Assembly (NCBI GenBank): GCA_965202665.1
Contig: OZ241841.1
Span: 1,664,001 to 1,728,000 of the forward strand
Source: Candidatus Spongiisociaceae bacterium
GTDB taxonomy: Bacteria > Actinomycetota > Acidimicrobiia > Spongiisociales > Spongiisociaceae
Direction of reading: 5' to 3'
Length of the DNA stretch: 64,000 nucleotides
Under the pieces are notes generated by a model that ran no database searches, was not told where the DNA came from, and saw nothing but the letters and a program-made list of their open reading frames with translations. The translations under genes were made by a program, and so were the position numbers. Below, piece by piece: positions 63,609-64,000 of the stretch (position 1 is the stretch's first letter; the number at the start of each line of letters is the position of its first letter).

Positions 63609-64000
63609 TCAGCGCCGGAAGCCGGGGTGCCGCTCGTACACCCGTTCCAGCATCCCGTTTTCCACGTATTCGGGGACGGCGGCCAGCGACAGCGGGCTGG
63701 CCTCCTGGCCGGGATAGCCGATTATTTCCCGCACCTGCGGGTTCAAAAAATACGCCCCGGTAACGGCGGTGGACAGCACCGCGAAATCTTCCGGCCGGTC
63801 GGCGTCCAACTCCCGCACGAACCGGCGCGGGTCGCATCCCGCCGCTTCGTCCAAGATGGCCAGCAACGGCTCCTTCCAGGCGGGAACCACCGCCAGAGCG
63901 CGGTCCAGCAACTCCCCGGACACCCCCGCCTCCGAAGCGGACGGCTTGCCCGCCCCGGCCGCGATCAGCACATCCGCCAACCCGTCCAAAGTGCGGCGCT
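63609..64000 (-). CDS. Partial protein resembling gluconate 2-dehydrogenase subunit 3-like helical proteins (5' end outside the window)
   Basis: LADVLI...PSASEAGV...GAYFLNPQVREIIGYPGQ; the frame is open to the window edge. Confidence 0.55.
   Translation of the reverse strand, partial: RRTLDGLADVLIAAGAGKPSASEAGVSGELLDRALAVVPAWKEPLLAILDEAAGCDPRRFVRELDADRPEDFAVLSTAVTGAYFLNPQVREIIGYPGQEASPLSLAAVPEYVENGMLERVYERHPGFRR

Overview
High-GC window, most likely from an Acidimicrobiia-type actinobacterium. This is an inference from the Bpa proteasome activator, LytR_C and Thr-rich exported proteins, and TANNNT-N6-8-start leaderless genes. From left to right it holds: (1) a 5'-truncated giant (>4,100 aa) Calx-beta-like repeat surface protein with SLH-like anchors; (2) a liv-type ABC importer with two tandem-domain binding lipoproteins; (3) a decayed wHTH gene and a frameshifted ISL3 element, then tRNA-Thr(UGU), housekeeping envelope genes and tRNA-Arg(CCU); (4) a ~15 kb AT-rich mosaic defence island (~30.5-45.5 kb); (5) core genes (DrrAB-like exporter, bpa, ybaK, two tauE paralogs, infA, MFS); (6) a DUF488-DUF488-dualOB-dualOB cassette and two BldC/Xis-like HTH genes; (7) oxidoreductases, an orphan AT-rich GHKL ATPase and a ferredoxin. 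The best candidate for an undescribed system is a translationally coupled radC - UvrD/PD-(D/E)XK - mod - res - vapC operon. In it the type III Res subunit ends in an antitoxin-like tail (SLEEILEARDEGRA) whose stop overlaps an intact, otherwise orphan PIN toxin, and mod is out of frame at a G9 tract. The second candidate is a TIGR04255-like / Xre-antitoxin-like / QGD-TCD toxin-like triad with phased operator repeats. A recurring G+T versus C+A skew flip at island and IS borders is also noted. All family assignments come from motif recognition by eye; no searches were run.
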